Assembly (NCBI RefSeq): GCF_006345805.1
Contig: NW_021833229.1
Coordinates: forward strand, 1-64,000
From: Octopus sinensis
Lineage: Eukaryota
DNA: 64,000 nt
Direction of reading: 5' to 3'
Below the pieces are notes generated by a model. It did not search any database and was not told the origin of the DNA. It saw only the letters and a list, made by a program, of their open reading frames with translations. Of the stretch, positions 1-13,468 are shown piece after piece. Numbering within the stretch: the first letter of the stretch is position 1; each line of letters begins with the position of its first letter. A program made the position numbers and the translations under genes.

Positions 1-994
1 TACTGTCAGCTGGAGCCAGCTGAGCTGGACTCGTGTAATTCAGGGTTGTCACTCCCTGAGTAGTGAAGAAAATCACTACCCAATACCATGACAAAATATG
101 TGTGTGCTTATATATTGTTGTGTGTATGTGTGTATGCATTAATCATTAGCAATGGAAGCAGTATTAATACTAAAAAGGTAATCTTTATATCCAATTAAAC
201 ATGGTTGCCTTGTTAGAACACCAAATATTATGTTATTTAGCTTTGAAAGATCCTCACATATAGTCACTTAGTGCATAAAAGCACACACATAAATTGTAGC
301 AGACAAGAACTGTCTGCCATGAACACCGGAATTTCCATATCACATGACTTCATTCTACTAGAAATCATCACTGGGAAGTGTTTAGACACTGCATGCCAGT
401 CAAATCTTGCTATCATATATAGAATTTCAGCTTCTTTCCAAACACTGATGTTGCAAAAAGCTAGCAAGCTTATTAAAAATTTATTAGCATTAGAAGCCGT
501 ATTAATGCCAAAAAGTAATCTTCGTATCCAACTTAACATGGATGCCTTGTTAGAACTCTGAATATTGTGTGATTAACCTTGAGAGAGATCTTCTCAATAA
601 GCCTTTTGGCTATTTACAACATCAGTATCTGAAAAGGTGCTGATGTTTTATATATTGTAGCAAACCAACAAGTAGTGACCAGCGCTTACCAGTAGACCAA
701 AATCACATGGTATGAGAATTCCAGCGCACATGACAAATAATTCTCGTTTATGTGTGTGCTTTTATGCATCAAACACTTGTATGAGAACAATGCTGAACAT
801 TGGGACATCCAATACAGAAGTTCCAAACAACCACGCTGGTGCCATGTACATAGGGAACAAATAATATAAACTAATGTTTATCATAATTTCTTCTACATTT
901 GCTTCCTATATCATAACTTGTAATACTAATAAGTATAATAGTAAACAAACCACTCTACAGGAAGCAGACTGGATGATGACAATCTACATGAACT

Positions 995-995
<1 letters not shown>

Positions 996-1027
<32 letters not shown>

Positions 1028-1028
1028 A

Positions 1029-1094
<66 letters not shown>

Positions 1095-1116
1095 ATCTAT
1101 CTATCTATCTATCTAT
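996..1116. repeat. (TCTA)n microsatellite
   Basis: About 30 TCTA units read directly. Confidence 0.95.
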
Positions 1117-1804
1117 CTCCTTTTTACATTGACATTTCTGTGATACATGATCCCTATTGATCGGCCCCACTTTTCTTGTGTTTTTTTTTACAATCCCTTT
1201 TGATTGGAATTCACACCCCCTTCTTTTTTTTCTCTTTTTCATGATCCCTTCTGATTGGAATTCGCCACCCCCTTCCCCTTCTCTTCTTCCCCAAAAGGAA
1301 AGCTCTACTTTGTATTTTGTCCCTTCTGTGTTTAGCCTGTGTGGCCAATAAAGAATCTATCTATCTACACACATACATGTGTATATAGATATAGATATAT
1401 ACATATATAGTCAGTTGAGGTGTGTTCTGTTAAGAACATATTAGAGTACAAATAGAGCTCATTCATCCTTAGAATTCCCAAATAGCTGGTAGTATTATTA
1501 TGTGCAGAATAACATGCAAAACTAAATGAATAAACAGACAACATGCACATTGCCGCTCATGTCAAACATGATAACACACTCATAGCGAGCAGATTGAAAC
1601 TGTCAGCGTTTGTTAGTTTCAAAGGAGAGATTTACTTATGGAGACAGCGATTATTATACAGGTAAATCATTACCTAATTTAATGTAATTTAAATTTAAAA
1701 TCCTGTAGATATATATTAGAGCTATATGTATCGAAACATTTGTAGTAATCATTAAAAAGCTGCCTAACCATACTTACTTTCCTTTTGACTCTTTTATTCT
1801 TTAC

Positions 1805-1899
<95 letters not shown>

Positions 1900-1962
1900 A
1901 TTATATATATATATTTATATATATATATGTATAGGAGAGCTGTGACTCCATCAATTCCTAGG

Positions 1963-2002
1963 GATATCTGAAGAAGGAATTTTTATTCCGAAATATCATA
2001 TC
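1963..2002 (+). ncRNA. Minimal type I hammerhead ribozyme motif (Penelope-like type) in a short (TA)n-flanked element (~1931-2095)
   Basis: gatat-CTGAAGA-aggaat-tttt-attcc-GAAA-ta-TC-atatc: stem I gatat/atatc, stem II ggaat/attcc, intact core. Confidence 0.7.
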
Positions 2003-2137
2003 GGACTATGGATGATTAAGTTACAACAGTTATTATAGGCCATTGTTTGTATTATAGTGCATTGTTGTGTCATTCAAAACATTTATTCTTAATATATGTA
2101 TGTATATATCTATGTATATATGTATGTATATATCTGC

Positions 2138-2182
<45 letters not shown>

Positions 2183-2185
2183 TAT

Positions 2186-2669
2186 TGGTGAAGACCTGTT
2201 GAGGCAAGTGAAAATCAAAATCAAAGCATCAAACCAAATCAAAATCGATCCACATCAATGGAATTTGTAGTTTGTGGTACCAGTGCTGGTGGCACATAAG
2301 AGAACCATCCGAACATGGCCGTAGCCAGCACCGCATCGACTGGCCTCCATGCTGGTGGCACGTAACAAACACCATCCGATCGTGGCCGTGCCAGCCTCGC
2401 CTGTCCTCCATGCCGGTGGCATGTAAAAAATACCATCCGAGCATGGCCGTTTGCCAGCCTCGTCTGGCACCTGTGTCGGTGGCACATAAAAAGCACCCAC
2501 TACACTCACGGAGTGGTTGGTGTTAGGAAGGGCATCCAGCTGTAGAAACACCGCCAGATCTGACTGGCTTGGTGCAGCCTTCAGGCTTCCTAGACCCCAG
2601 TTGAACCGTCAAACCCATGCTAGCATGGAAAGCGGACGTTAAATGATGATGATGATGATGATGATGATG
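2186..2669 (+). mobile_element. Non-autonomous retroposon with RTE-type 3' tail and ~62-bp internal subrepeats
   Basis: Ends ggaagggcatccagctgtagaaac...cggacgttaaat(gat)n; TSD atattcatat (2176-2185 / 2670-2679); further copies at 8170, 10757, 27160, 52290. Confidence 0.8.
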
Positions 2670-3420
2670 ATATTCATATATTTAGATAGATAGAAAACAA
2701 TTTATAATTATAAATTCTTACTCTTTCTTGAAGAATCTCTAATACGAAATACTTTACACATGTATCTAACATGTAAACCTTTGTTATACTTATTAGCAAA
2801 TGAAACACGTGTAATGGAGAATAAATAATAGTAGAAAAACTTCCAGTTTCCTGTCTGCAAATAATATCTTCATGATTCTCAAATTTAATATATATTTTGA
2901 CAAAAATATAGTAGCAACCATAGGGAATAAACAGATGTTCTTCAAGCGGAAACAGCTGGGATTTACCCTAACTATCTATATAATAATACGCGCGCGTGCA
3001 CACACACACAGACACACACACACATGCACATAAACATTTGTAATGGCCATCATTTAAGTGCACATATGCACTGTTTCTGCTTATATGAATGAGAACACTG
3101 ACAATAGTGAATATATAAACACATAAGTGAAAAGAATGTACATACATTTTTTTTAAGTGCACAGATTAGTAGATATACCAACAAATCTAAAATAGTTGTG
3201 GGTTTGTAACTGATAATAAATATATATTCACTATGTAAGGAATTTTCATATACAATACTTACATACTAATTAATACATTTACTGGAATATAAACTATCAA
3301 TATGATCCACTAAACAAAGACTAATATACAAGTATTTGTTAGCCTAAATACATACATATATATGTATGCATGTGCACACACGCACACATGCATATGTACA
3401 TATGTGTGTATGTGTAGTTT

Positions 3421-3815
3421 GTCCATCGATGCGACAAAGACCATCTATTCATCCAGGGGTGGGGGTGGGCTTGTTTTGTGAGTCCACAGATGGCTAGTGA
3501 GGCCAATCTGCACCCGAAAGAGTCTTTGACAGTGTAGACAGGGAATGGTAGTGCTTGCTACAGGGTTGTTAGCTCTGTTCTTCCTGACTTGTCTGCGGTC
3601 TTCTACAGCAGTGATTCTATTGGTCTGACATGTGTTGGCACCCTTATGGACAGCTGATCACCACCCTTCTCTGTCTAGAGCAGACTGCTCCCAAGTGTCA
3701 TGGTCGATGTTGAAGGCTTTCAGTGTGTCCTTAAAGCACTTCTTCTGGCCGCCTTGTGAGCACTTTCCCATTTGAAGCTCGCTAAAGAATAATCTTTTTG
3801 GTAATCTACATGTTA
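3421..3815 (-). mobile_element. RTE-clade LINE 3' fragment (degenerate)
   Basis: RLPKRLFFSELQMGKCSQGGQKKCFKDTLK..IDHDTWEQSALDREGW followed by terminal CLHCQRLFRVQIGLTSH zinc finger, typical of RTE ORF C-termini. Confidence 0.8.
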
Positions 3816-3829
3816 ATAGAAAGCTCTGA

Positions 3830-4782
3830 GATGATTGTAACATTCCTCATCAAAGCAGTCTATTATGGACCAACAACCAGATTACTACCTCCCACTTTGA
3901 AGGGCATACGTTTTTAATTCAGAAACAGGAAATATCAACCAAATACCTGATGCACAAATGGGATAGAGATGTAGGAAAAGCAGTAAATTGTGATAACCGA
4001 TGCAGACTTTGTGGAGTTAAGACCAAAGATATCACCCACATCATAATCAGTTGTCTGAAAATGTCATCATGGTATTATCTACAAATGAGACATGATGTTG
4101 GAGCTAGGACACTATATAATGAAATCCATTGGAAGGATGACCACAAGGACAAAGAAATAAAACCCACAGTTTGGTAGAAGCCATAGCCACTCATAATAAA
4201 AAAGAGTACTGGTAGAATGTACCAGTGAAAACCTCAATAAAATGTAAACACAAGAGACTTGACATTATGATTTAGGATAGAGAAGAGAAACTGTGTACGG
4301 TTGTGGAAATCAGCTGTCCGGTGGATGTTAACATAAAGCTGAAGATTAGCAAAAAAAAGAATACCTATGCTGAACTATTGAGAAATCTGCAGTTACTCTA
4401 TCCAGATTCCAAGTTCAGGTTTATACTTGTAATTCTTGGGGCCCTGGGATATGTAACACACTGCCTAAATACCAAGCTTAAGAAATTAGTCTTCTCAAAA
4501 CCAGAAAGGAGAAAGCTGATTCGAAGACTACAGGTCCAAGCCATCACTGGAACTGTAAAAATCTGTAAAACTTTCCAGAAATTTATTATTTAAGTATATA
4601 TGAACATGTCTAGATATGCATTAGAAGACATACATAAAACAAAACATTCAAATCTGCACATTACATACACACACACACACACTATTGTTGATGTTGAAAT
4701 TCCAATGACGGAGCCTTGGATCTCAGTTAGAAACCAGCTCTTTTTCTATTGGCAAGAAATCTTGAAATAAAACTGAATAATG
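3830..4782 (+). mobile_element. RLE-type (R4/Dong-like) non-LTR retrotransposon 3' fragment
   Basis: CRLCG..THIIISC CCHC knuckle, RHD motif, then VEISCPVD..K..Y..L..ILGALG restriction-like endonuclease; stops and frameshifts. Confidence 0.8.
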
Positions 4783-5282
4783 ACATGCATACGTACTCTA
4801 TGTATGTGATGCACCTGATCATATCAGTGATGTTTCTTGGAATCATTAAGTGTTTTGGATCTTTTAACATCAGACAGCCTCTCCAGGCAACCCAGCTATG
4901 GTTGATGATGCCCAGCTTGTATCCACTTAACACTACCCCATTCCAGGGTTTCCAGCTACCTTGAGGCAACCTCTGCTGTCTCCACAGCCAATTTGACAGC
5001 CTTCGACCTACTTGCTCTTGTGATGTCAAGCATGTTGTAAGCCCTGTAGGGGAACTGATCTGCAAAACTTTCTGCATTTCCACCTTGGTGGGATCATGCC
5101 TTTCTTGACACCCATTACACAAGCATAGCTTCACTAACTCAGTATAATACATTCTTTTGCTCTTATTTGCCTACTCAGTGTAGTCTCCCCATGGAATGGA
5201 AAGTTCTATCAGATCCACCTGCTTGAATGCTTCTGTGATCAGCACCATATCTAGCCTTAATGCCATTGCAGCAAAAGTTTCT

Positions 5283-5519
5283 TATATCTTTATTGCTCAC
5301 AAGGGGCTAAACATAGAGGGGACAAACAAGGACAAACAAAGAGGTTAAGTCGATTACATTGACCCCAGTGCATAACTGGTACTTAATTTATCGACCCTGA
5401 AAGGATGAAAGGCAAAGTCGACCTTGGTGGAATTTGAACTCAGAACATAATGGCAGATGAAATACTGCTTAGCATTTTGCCCGGCATGCTAATGTTTCTG
5501 CTAGCTTGCCGCCTTAATT
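5283..5519 (-). mobile_element. tRNA-derived SINE with Nin-like central domain
   Basis: B-box-like gagttcaaattc and gcctttcatcctttcagggtcgataaattaagtaccag on - strand; 17-bp TSD ttgcagcaaaagtttct (5266-5282 / 5520-5536). Confidence 0.85.
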
Positions 5520-5975
5520 TTGCAGCAAAAGTTTCTAAGCACTTCAGCTGCTTTCCTAGGTCAACTTTCAGCTCTCAGTCTTTTACTGTTGCAAATGGGC
5601 CCAAGAAGGCAGACCTAGAAACTGGCATCTTTCTTCATGCCTGCCTTGATGAAGTTGATAAATTTGTTGGGCAGAGGTGCTTTGGACATTGTCTGCTATG
5701 AGCTTCAGAACCTGGTTGTGTCTCCAGCTGTGGCATCCCTGATTGGATGATGACATCAACAACCACCTCCCACTCCCAACAGAACAAATTGCTTAGGCTT
5801 GGTAAGATATCATGAATTGTATTTCCACATGATATCTATTTACTGTTAAGTTAAATGTGTACATAAAAAAATGCAGGATCACAAGGAGACAATGTTTATT
5901 TAATAAGATGATGCATACCATGTAATATCAAATGGTATCTATAACAACAATAAGTGACCTTTTATTCTACATATA

Positions 5976-6350
5976 GGCACAGGCATGGCTGTTTGATAAG
6001 AAGTTTGCTTTCCAACCACATGGTTCTGGGTTTAGTCCCACTGTGTGGAACCTTGGGCAAGAGTCTTTTACTAAAGTCTCAGGCTGACCAAAATTCTCTA
6101 AGTGGATTTCACACATGGAGACTGAAAATAGCCCATTGTATATGTGTGTGTGTGAGTGTCTGTGTTTCTGTTTGCACTCCCCCACCTCATTACTTGGCAA
6201 TTAGTGTTGGTGTTTTTACATCCTATAACTTAGCAGTTCAGTAAAAAGGACCAATAGAATAAGTACCAGGCTGAATGAACAATATTAAGTACTGGGATCA
6301 ATATGTTCAAACTAAAATTCTTCAAGGCAGTGCTCTGGTATGGTCAAAAC
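5976..6350 (+). mobile_element. tRNA-derived SINE with internal microsatellite (family B), diverged copy
   Basis: Homologous to the well-preserved copy at 44965-45443. Confidence 0.75.
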
Positions 6351-6402
6351 AGCAGAATACAATGATGTGACACAAACCATTGAACTAGGATACTTATCCT
6401 TC

Positions 6403-6775
6403 ATCTTTTACTTGTTTCAGTCATTAGAATGTGGCCATGCTGAGGCACCACCTTGAAGAATTTTTAGTTGAATGAACTGATCCCACCACTTATTTTTTTG
6501 TTAAGCCTTGTACTTATTCTCTTAATGTCTTTTGCTGAACTGCTAAGTTATGGGGACATAAACATACTAATACCAGTTGTCAAGCTGTGGTAGGGGACAA
6601 ACACAGACAGAAAACCATATACACATTGAGATAGATAGATAGATAGATAGTTATGAGATGGGCTTCTTTCAGTTCCCATCTACCAAATCCACTCTCAAGG
6701 CTTTGGTCGGCCCAAGGCTATAGAAGACACTTGCCACTTGATGGGACTGAACCCAGAACTATGTCGTTAGAAAGC
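6403..6775 (-). mobile_element. SINE family B, diverged copy
   Basis: ttttacttgtttcagtcatt...tggccatgctg tail and gggactgaaccc head on - strand. Confidence 0.75.
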
Positions 6776-7225
6776 CACGGGAAAGTTTAACATTAAGTTG
6801 CATCTTTGTGAGAAGTGTAGGGTCTAATGCTTTTAGCTATGGCAAAAAGAGAAAAAAGTAGTGCTGTTGCTTGGGTATAGAAGTAAGTAAATCTATCTTT
6901 AGCTACTTTGAATTTTCCTATTGACTGATTTTTGCCAACAAAGAGTATCATTAGTTCTTCAGATTCCAGACTTACCCAATGATTTTCAAGCTGGTATCCC
7001 ATCACTTTGACTGGGTGTTTGCTACAGTCATTATACCTTACTGTAGTTAACTTTGCTTCCATGTTTGGGACTTATTTTCTAATTCTTTGACAGCTATGAG
7101 AACTAACATATCAATATGTAGTTGTTCTTGTAGATAATGAGTCTTAAATTCTTGTTATGGTCAGAAGAGCTATGCTTAACAATTGGGGACTAAGAATTGA
7201 GTCCCGACGAACACATACTTGTGTA

Positions 7226-7658
7226 CTCTTTTACTCTTTTGCTTGTTTCAGTCATTTGACTGCAGCCATGCTGGAGCACTGCTTTTAGTCGAGCAAATCG
7301 TCCCCAGGACTTATTCTTTGTAAGCCTAGTACTTATTCCATCAGTCTCTTTTGCCAAATCACTAAGTTACAAGGACATAAACACACCAGCATCGGTTGGT
7401 TGTCAAGCAATGTTGATGGGGGGGGGAGACAAACACAGACACACGCACACACACATGCACACACACACACACATATATATACATATACATATATATGACA
7501 GGCTTCTTTCAGTTTTCGTCTATAAAATCCACTCACAAGGCTTTGGTCGCCCCAAGGCTATAGTAGAAGACACTTGCCCAAGGGGCCATGCAGTGAAATT
7601 AAACCCGGAACTGTGTAGTTGGTAAGCAAGGTATTTACCACACAGCCACTCCTGCACC
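7226..7658 (-). mobile_element. SINE family B
   Basis: Full head (gcaggagtggctgtgtggtaa) to (aaaagagt)n tail. Confidence 0.85.
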
Positions 7659-8169
7659 TATGTACTAAATTTTTTTTGTTGAGCTCATTGTTAACTCTCA
7701 CCTTGCTGAAGTCATTTCTGCATATGACTTGCATGAATCTCACAGACCAATAATCTCATTCTAGTTTTCCTAGTAACCATCCGACTACAGTGCATGGTTC
7801 CTTGTTAAAGGCCTTTACCATTTCATCAAATGCTAGATACAGATGTTTACCCTTAGTTAAGAACTTCTAAAGTTCTTTCATTAGTAAAAAGGTATCTGTG
7901 GTATCCTGTCCTGGTACAAACCAAAACTACATCTCATCTATTCTCTTCCTAATTAATTGAGCTATAACTCTTTCTGCTTCTTATCTGAATTAATTGAGCT
8001 ATAACTTTGTCTGTTACTTTTATATTCTGGTTCATCAGTTCGATAGTTCTATAAAATATCTCATTTGCCCATGTACTTCACAGTATCCATGATGGATCTA
8101 CTGCTTACTCTTCCTTCATATACTTAATGACCATTTAACTGTTAATTTCAATAATTTGTCCCTATGTTC

Positions 8170-8381
8170 GTTCGCCAGCCTCGTCTGGCACCTGTGTCGG
8201 TGGCACATAAAAAGCACCCACTACACTCACGGAGTGGTTGGCATTAGGAAGGGCATCCAGCTGTAGAAACTCTGCCAGATCTGACCGGCCTGGTGCAGCC
8301 TTCGGGCTTCCCAGACCCCAGTTGCACCGTCCAACCCATGCTAGCATGGAAAGCGGACGTTAATCGATGATGATGATGATG
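8170..8381 (+). mobile_element. RTE-tail retroposon, 5'-truncated
   Basis: Near-identical to 2450-2669, ends in (gat)n. Confidence 0.85.
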
Positions 8382-8675
8382 TTCCATTATTGCCTTGTGA
8401 ACTCAAGTATTATGGCTTCAATTTTCTTGCCTTCTGAGGCACAATAATTTAAATGCCTGTTCTTTCAACTAGATCTGAATGGATAATTTTATGTAGCATC
8501 CAAATATTATTGCTTTGTTATTAACACACACACACACGCATGCATGCATGCACACACACGCATGCATGCACATGTTTGAACAACAAACTTGAATGAAACG
8601 CTCAAATATGTAGTCATGAACATTCAGACACTAAAACTTACATGTTCATATATTCACATATGTGCGCACACATGC

Positions 8676-9081
8676 TCTTTACTCTTTTACTTGTTTCAGT
8701 CATTTGACTGCGGCCATGCTGGAGCACCGCCTTTACTCGAGCAAATTGACCCCAGGACTTATTCTTTGTAAGCCCAGTACTTATTCTATCGGTCTCTTTT
8801 GCCGAACCGCTAAGTGACGGGGACGAAAACACACCAGCATCGGTGTCAAGCAATGCTAGGGGACAAACACAGACACACAAACATATACACACACACTTAT
8901 TATATATATACATATATATGACAGGTTTCTTTCAGTTTCCGTCTACCAAATCCACTCACAAGGCATTGGTCGGCCCGGGGCTATAGCAGAAGACACTTGC
9001 TCAAGATGCCATGCAGTGGGACTGAACCCGGAACCATGTGGTTGGTTAGCAAGCTACTTACCACACAGCCACTCCTGCGCC
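8676..9081 (-). mobile_element. SINE family B, well-preserved copy
   Basis: Closely matches reverse complement of 44965-45443. Confidence 0.9.
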
Positions 9082-9384
9082 TATACCCACATATATACAC
9101 ACACACACCAATACCCACATATATACACACACACACATATGCACTCATACTTCTACGCCTGTACGCACATTTTTGAGCAAGAACTGAAAGGAAGTTAATG
9201 TATAAGCAAAAAGCTAGTTGTGTCTGTCTGTGTTGTATCTCACATACTTTTGTTGGAGGAAATGAAATTGCACAAGATTTTTGTGTTCACTGACTACCAT
9301 CAGAGGAAACATTTGTATGTACTAAGGGGAGCTATTAGGATATATTTGAGTCAGTAATATATGAGACTAACTTTAAGGACAGAT

Positions 9385-9585
9385 TGTTAGCACACTGGGC
9401 AAAATGATTAGCTGCATTTTAATCTGTCTTTATGTTCTTAGTTCATATTCCACCAAAGTTGACACTGCCTTTCATTCTTTTGGGCCCAATAAGATCAGTA
9501 CCAGTTGAGCACTAGGGGGGTCAATGTAATCGGCTTACCCCCTCCCAGAACCCACTGGTCTTGTGCCAAAATTCGAAACCAATAA
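9385..9585 (+). mobile_element. Nin-like SINE, strongly CpG-decayed
   Basis: gttagcacactgggcaaaatg...gcctttcattctttt...gtaccagttgagcact. Confidence 0.65.
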
Positions 9586-9994
9586 GTGAGACTTAAGAGA
9601 GACTTTATGTGCAAGTTTCTTAAAAGAACCTAGAGGTCCATTGTTGTTGTTCTTGTTGGTGGTGGTGGTGGTGGTGGTGGTGGTGGTGGTGGGCATGCTT
9701 AACTGAATGATAAATCATCTGTAATATAGCTTTTAGTATTATTTTATGAGGTCACTAAGAAGGAACATTGTTGTACATTAACCTCCATCTCTTTGACTAA
9801 CTTATTAATGAAAAGGTATTTATATATCATGACACATTGATGAAAATATATAGTGTTCCTACTACAGCAATATTTCACCTCCACATCCTACTTTCTTTTT
9901 AGGAAAATATATTTTGTTGTAGTTCCTAGAGTTGATGTAATTGACTAGCCCCTCCCCCAAAATTTCAGGCCTTGTGCCTATAATAGAAATTCTG

Positions 9995-10335
9995 AGACCC
10001 CCCCTTCTGTCACAACACAAACCATGGGATTGCACCTGGAAAGTAACTCTCCCAGGCACAAGTCCGGGCAAGGTTGTTTATGTAAGACTAGCAGTCGACC
10101 ATGCATACCAGCCTCCCCTCTCCATGCCACCAGTGTTATCCAAGGGAAAGGCAAAGGCCAATACAGCTTGGCACCTGTGACGTTGCAATTCATTTCTACA
10201 GCTGAGTGAACTGGAGCAACGTGAAATAAAGTGCCTTGCTCAAGAACACAACTTGCAGCCCTGTCCGAGATTCAAGCTCACAACCTCACAATTGTAAGCT
10301 CGACGCTCTAACCACTGAGCCATGCTCTTTCACAT
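9995..10335 (-). mobile_element. tRNA-derived SINE (family C, CORE/V-like body)
   Basis: - strand head tggctcagtggttagagcgtcg (A box) then gttgtgttcttgagcaaggcacttta. Confidence 0.7.
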
Positions 10336-10400
10336 AATAGAAAAGATTGTTATTATTATTATTATTATCATTATTATCATTATTATTATTATTATTATTA

Positions 10401-10435
<35 letters not shown>

Positions 10436-10756
10436 ACAATTTGTAATTAATACTGTAATATGTGAATATTATGTTCATGTTGATGTCATTTAGCTCTAGG
10501 TTGACCTTGATTGAGCAAATTTATGTTCAAAGACATTTTGGCTACAAGTAACATGGATTTTTAAGTGTATCTAGGACTACATTACAAAATGTGTCCTTCG
10601 TATTTGTTGAATACATTTGATGTAATCTGAAGAAAATTTGTCTGCTATTTCAAGTAGAAGTTCCCTAACTGATCAATAACAGTCATATGTTAATATAACA
10701 TAATATGTTAATATATATGTTGCTAAAACACAATATGCTAATGTATTCTTCTTCAT

Positions 10757-11200
10757 CATCATCATCATCATCATCGTTTATTGTCTGCCTTCCATGTTGG
10801 CATGGGTGAGTCGGTTTGACAGGAGCCAGCCAGGCAGAAACCTGCACCAGACTTCTGTGACTGTTTTGGCAGGATTTTTACAGCTGGATTCCCTTCCTAA
10901 CATCAACCACCCAGCAGAGTGGACTTAGTGCTTTTTACGTGGTACAAGGACAGGCGATTATACATATTAATATATATGTTATTGTAGTATATTTAATGTA
11001 ATCATCATCATCATCATCATCGTTACCATCGTCATTTAACGTACAAGTTCCATGCTTGTATGGTTTAGCTAGTTTGACAGGGTCCAATGGGATCAAGGAC
11101 AAACATGATACTCCAGTGTTTGTTTAGCATGATGTCTATGGCTGGATGCCCTTCTTAATATTTACCACTTTACAGAATGTGCAGTATGTATTTTACCATG
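10757..11200 (-). mobile_element. Two diverged RTE-tail retroposon fragments
   Basis: (cat)n followed by cagctggattcccttcctaac and ggctggatgcccttcttaat. Confidence 0.65.
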
Positions 11201-12229
11201 GCATTACCACTAGTGAAGTTGCTATGCAGCTTGCAAGACTATGGGTCCTAAGAGGAGAAGGGTAAGGAATTGTATGTTAGGAAAATAAGGAGTAGAGAGG
11301 AGTAATATGTGAGAGATGAAGGACTAGAACAGAATGCTTTTCTTGTTGTAGAGGAACAATACAACTACTTACATTTGTAGTTGGTGATAAAAAGTGCCAA
11401 AATGCCAAATGTTAATATAATGTAATAAGATGATAATGAATTTATAAATACTTGTACATTATTACTATTTTAAATACTTATTATCACCATAACTTATTGT
11501 ACAATAATTTATAACACCTGTAACATTACCTACCCCATGTTAAGTGTTTACAACCAGGTGAATTGGACATGATCTATCACACTTATAGGAATAAGTGTGA
11601 TAGATCATGCATATATTATGCATGAGTATGAATAAGTGTCATAGATATTTGCATATATTATGCAAGTAGATTCAAAACATATACCGCAAGGAATAAATAT
11701 AGATGATTCAAGGCAATAAGTGAGCTCTACATACTTACCTGGTTTTCTAGAAATAGAAACCAAATCTTTCTCAAATTTTTCATTTCATCTTGATATTTAT
11801 GCATTCCCAATCAATTATATACATTTTTATTATTTTTTGCAATTTACTTAATCTTTGACATTTTATTGTTATTTTAATTTCAAGTTTTCTATTATATGTA
11901 ATTTTCTAGATGGTGTAATTTAATTGTTCATTTTGAATTGATAAAGGGTGGTCTTTTTTTTCTAATTTTTCTAATTTTTAATATATATATGCCTCTACCT
12001 CTCTCCTCTCTCTCCACATGACCGGTTTTCAGCCAAGCCTGACATTTCTTTCTTGGTTTGACTATCATCTGTGCAACATCTATATTCCTCCCCATACTTG
12101 TCATATCTCTTATGTTCCTGTGTAAGGCTTCACTTCCACACTCAACAGCTAAATTTAATTCGACCTTAATCAAATGATACCTGTTGTTAATGTCCTGTTA
12201 TTTGCATTTGTATTTGTGTACCATTTCTC

Positions 12230-12510
12230 TGGGGGTTTTTTTCTGTCCTTGTTTTCGTATACATTTGGTGCTTTCTTCCAAGGAATCTAGTACTCTTAGC
12301 TTAGTTTTTCCTTGGGGCTAGCCAGATTGGAGCAATCTCAAGTATAACCAGCCGAAATTGCAAAGATAATCTGGAACTCAACTGAGGAAAAATAAATCCG
12401 AATGACCCAGCTTGCTTTTTCTTGTGCTTTTTTGTATCATCTGTCTGGATGTTTTGTTGTCCTCTTTTTGTATCATCTAACTTTTGCGTTCTTGTCCCAT
12501 TTTTTGTATT

Positions 12511-12512
<2 letters not shown>
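12230..12512 (+). repeat. (TA)n-adjacent interspersed repeat; inverse copy at 22105-22320
   Basis: cttagtttttc(c)ttggggctagccagattggagcaatctcaag matches reverse complement of 22270-22315. Confidence 0.75.
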
Positions 12513-12557
<45 letters not shown>

Positions 12558-12762
12558 ATATATATACATGTGTGCATGTATATACACATGCATATACATG
12601 TATGTATATATATGTATGTGTTTTAATCGAAGTGTACAGTATTATATAGACATTACAGCTGATCTTACCAATCGGTTTTTGCACTGTTGGGTCAATAGAA
12701 TGTTAGGTAGCAATCCAATTATTTAACCCTGCCTCTTCAGAGATGATAGTTATGAAATGACA

Positions 12763-12799
<37 letters not shown>

Positions 12800-12809
12800 A
12801 TATATATGA

Positions 12810-13230
12810 CTTGCTGAAGGCTTCCTTGTGAGATGCTTGTATCTCCCCTGACACATGGGAGGGTATAGCTATTGACTGTAGTAGGTAGAGAAGGATTATG
12901 CATGTGGGGAAAGCTATTTTTGAGAAACCTTGAGTTGTGTATGAGAAAGTAAGGAGGGATGTTAGGAAGGGAATCGCTGTTGTACTTCCAGACAGTAAGG
13001 GTCTTCCTATGAAGCTGACATGCAGTGTCTGTGCAAGACACTGCCTCAGTAAAGCTGGACTCAAGAGTCATCTTCATACTCATATCTGTTAGGCATGTGG
13101 AAGGGAGTATGATTTGGGGGAAGGACTTAAATGACATGCAAAGGTACATGAAGCTCAATTACAACTACAGCCAGCTATTGCCAGTAAAGGTTTTAGCTGC
13201 CAATTCTGTACAAGTCATTGTAGACTTTTA
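12810..13230 (+). mobile_element. RTE-like LINE 3' end, with local duplicate at 13763-13998
   Basis: ISPDTWEGIAID.. and CSVCARHCLSKAGLKSHLHTH terminal zinc finger; ~200 bp near-identical second copy. Confidence 0.7.
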
Positions 13231-13468
13231 GCTGGGCTAAAAAGTCATATTTGATCACAGCACCGTTAACAGTTAAGCCTTGTACAATGGCCATACTTGA
13301 TAACGAGGGGGCAGCCATATGAGGAACAGATTCATTTCAATCATCGGCTTATAGATATTACCAATTCATATTATTTATCAACTACATAAATAGGAACATC
13401 CAAATCCAACAAAATAAAACAATATACATCAATAAGATAATACCATAAAAATGATACACACAAAATAG

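Larger units (their letters stand above)
6790..8510 (-). mobile_element. Degenerate RTE-like LINE reverse transcriptase region interrupted by SINEs
   Basis: - strand reads ..GQDTTDTFLL..KGKHLYLAFDEMVKAFN.. (RT-like motifs, ~7790-7920) with many stops; split by inserts at 7226 and 8170. Confidence 0.55.

Noticed and set aside
2280-2500. CRISPR-like repeat-spacer array
   Set aside because: Eukaryotic context; whole units are diverged tandem copies with no unique spacers and no cas genes
12379-12415. Hammerhead in the 12230/22105 repeat family (CTGAGGA...GAAT)
   Set aside because: No GAAA, no convincing stems I and II, and the second copy has CTCAGGA
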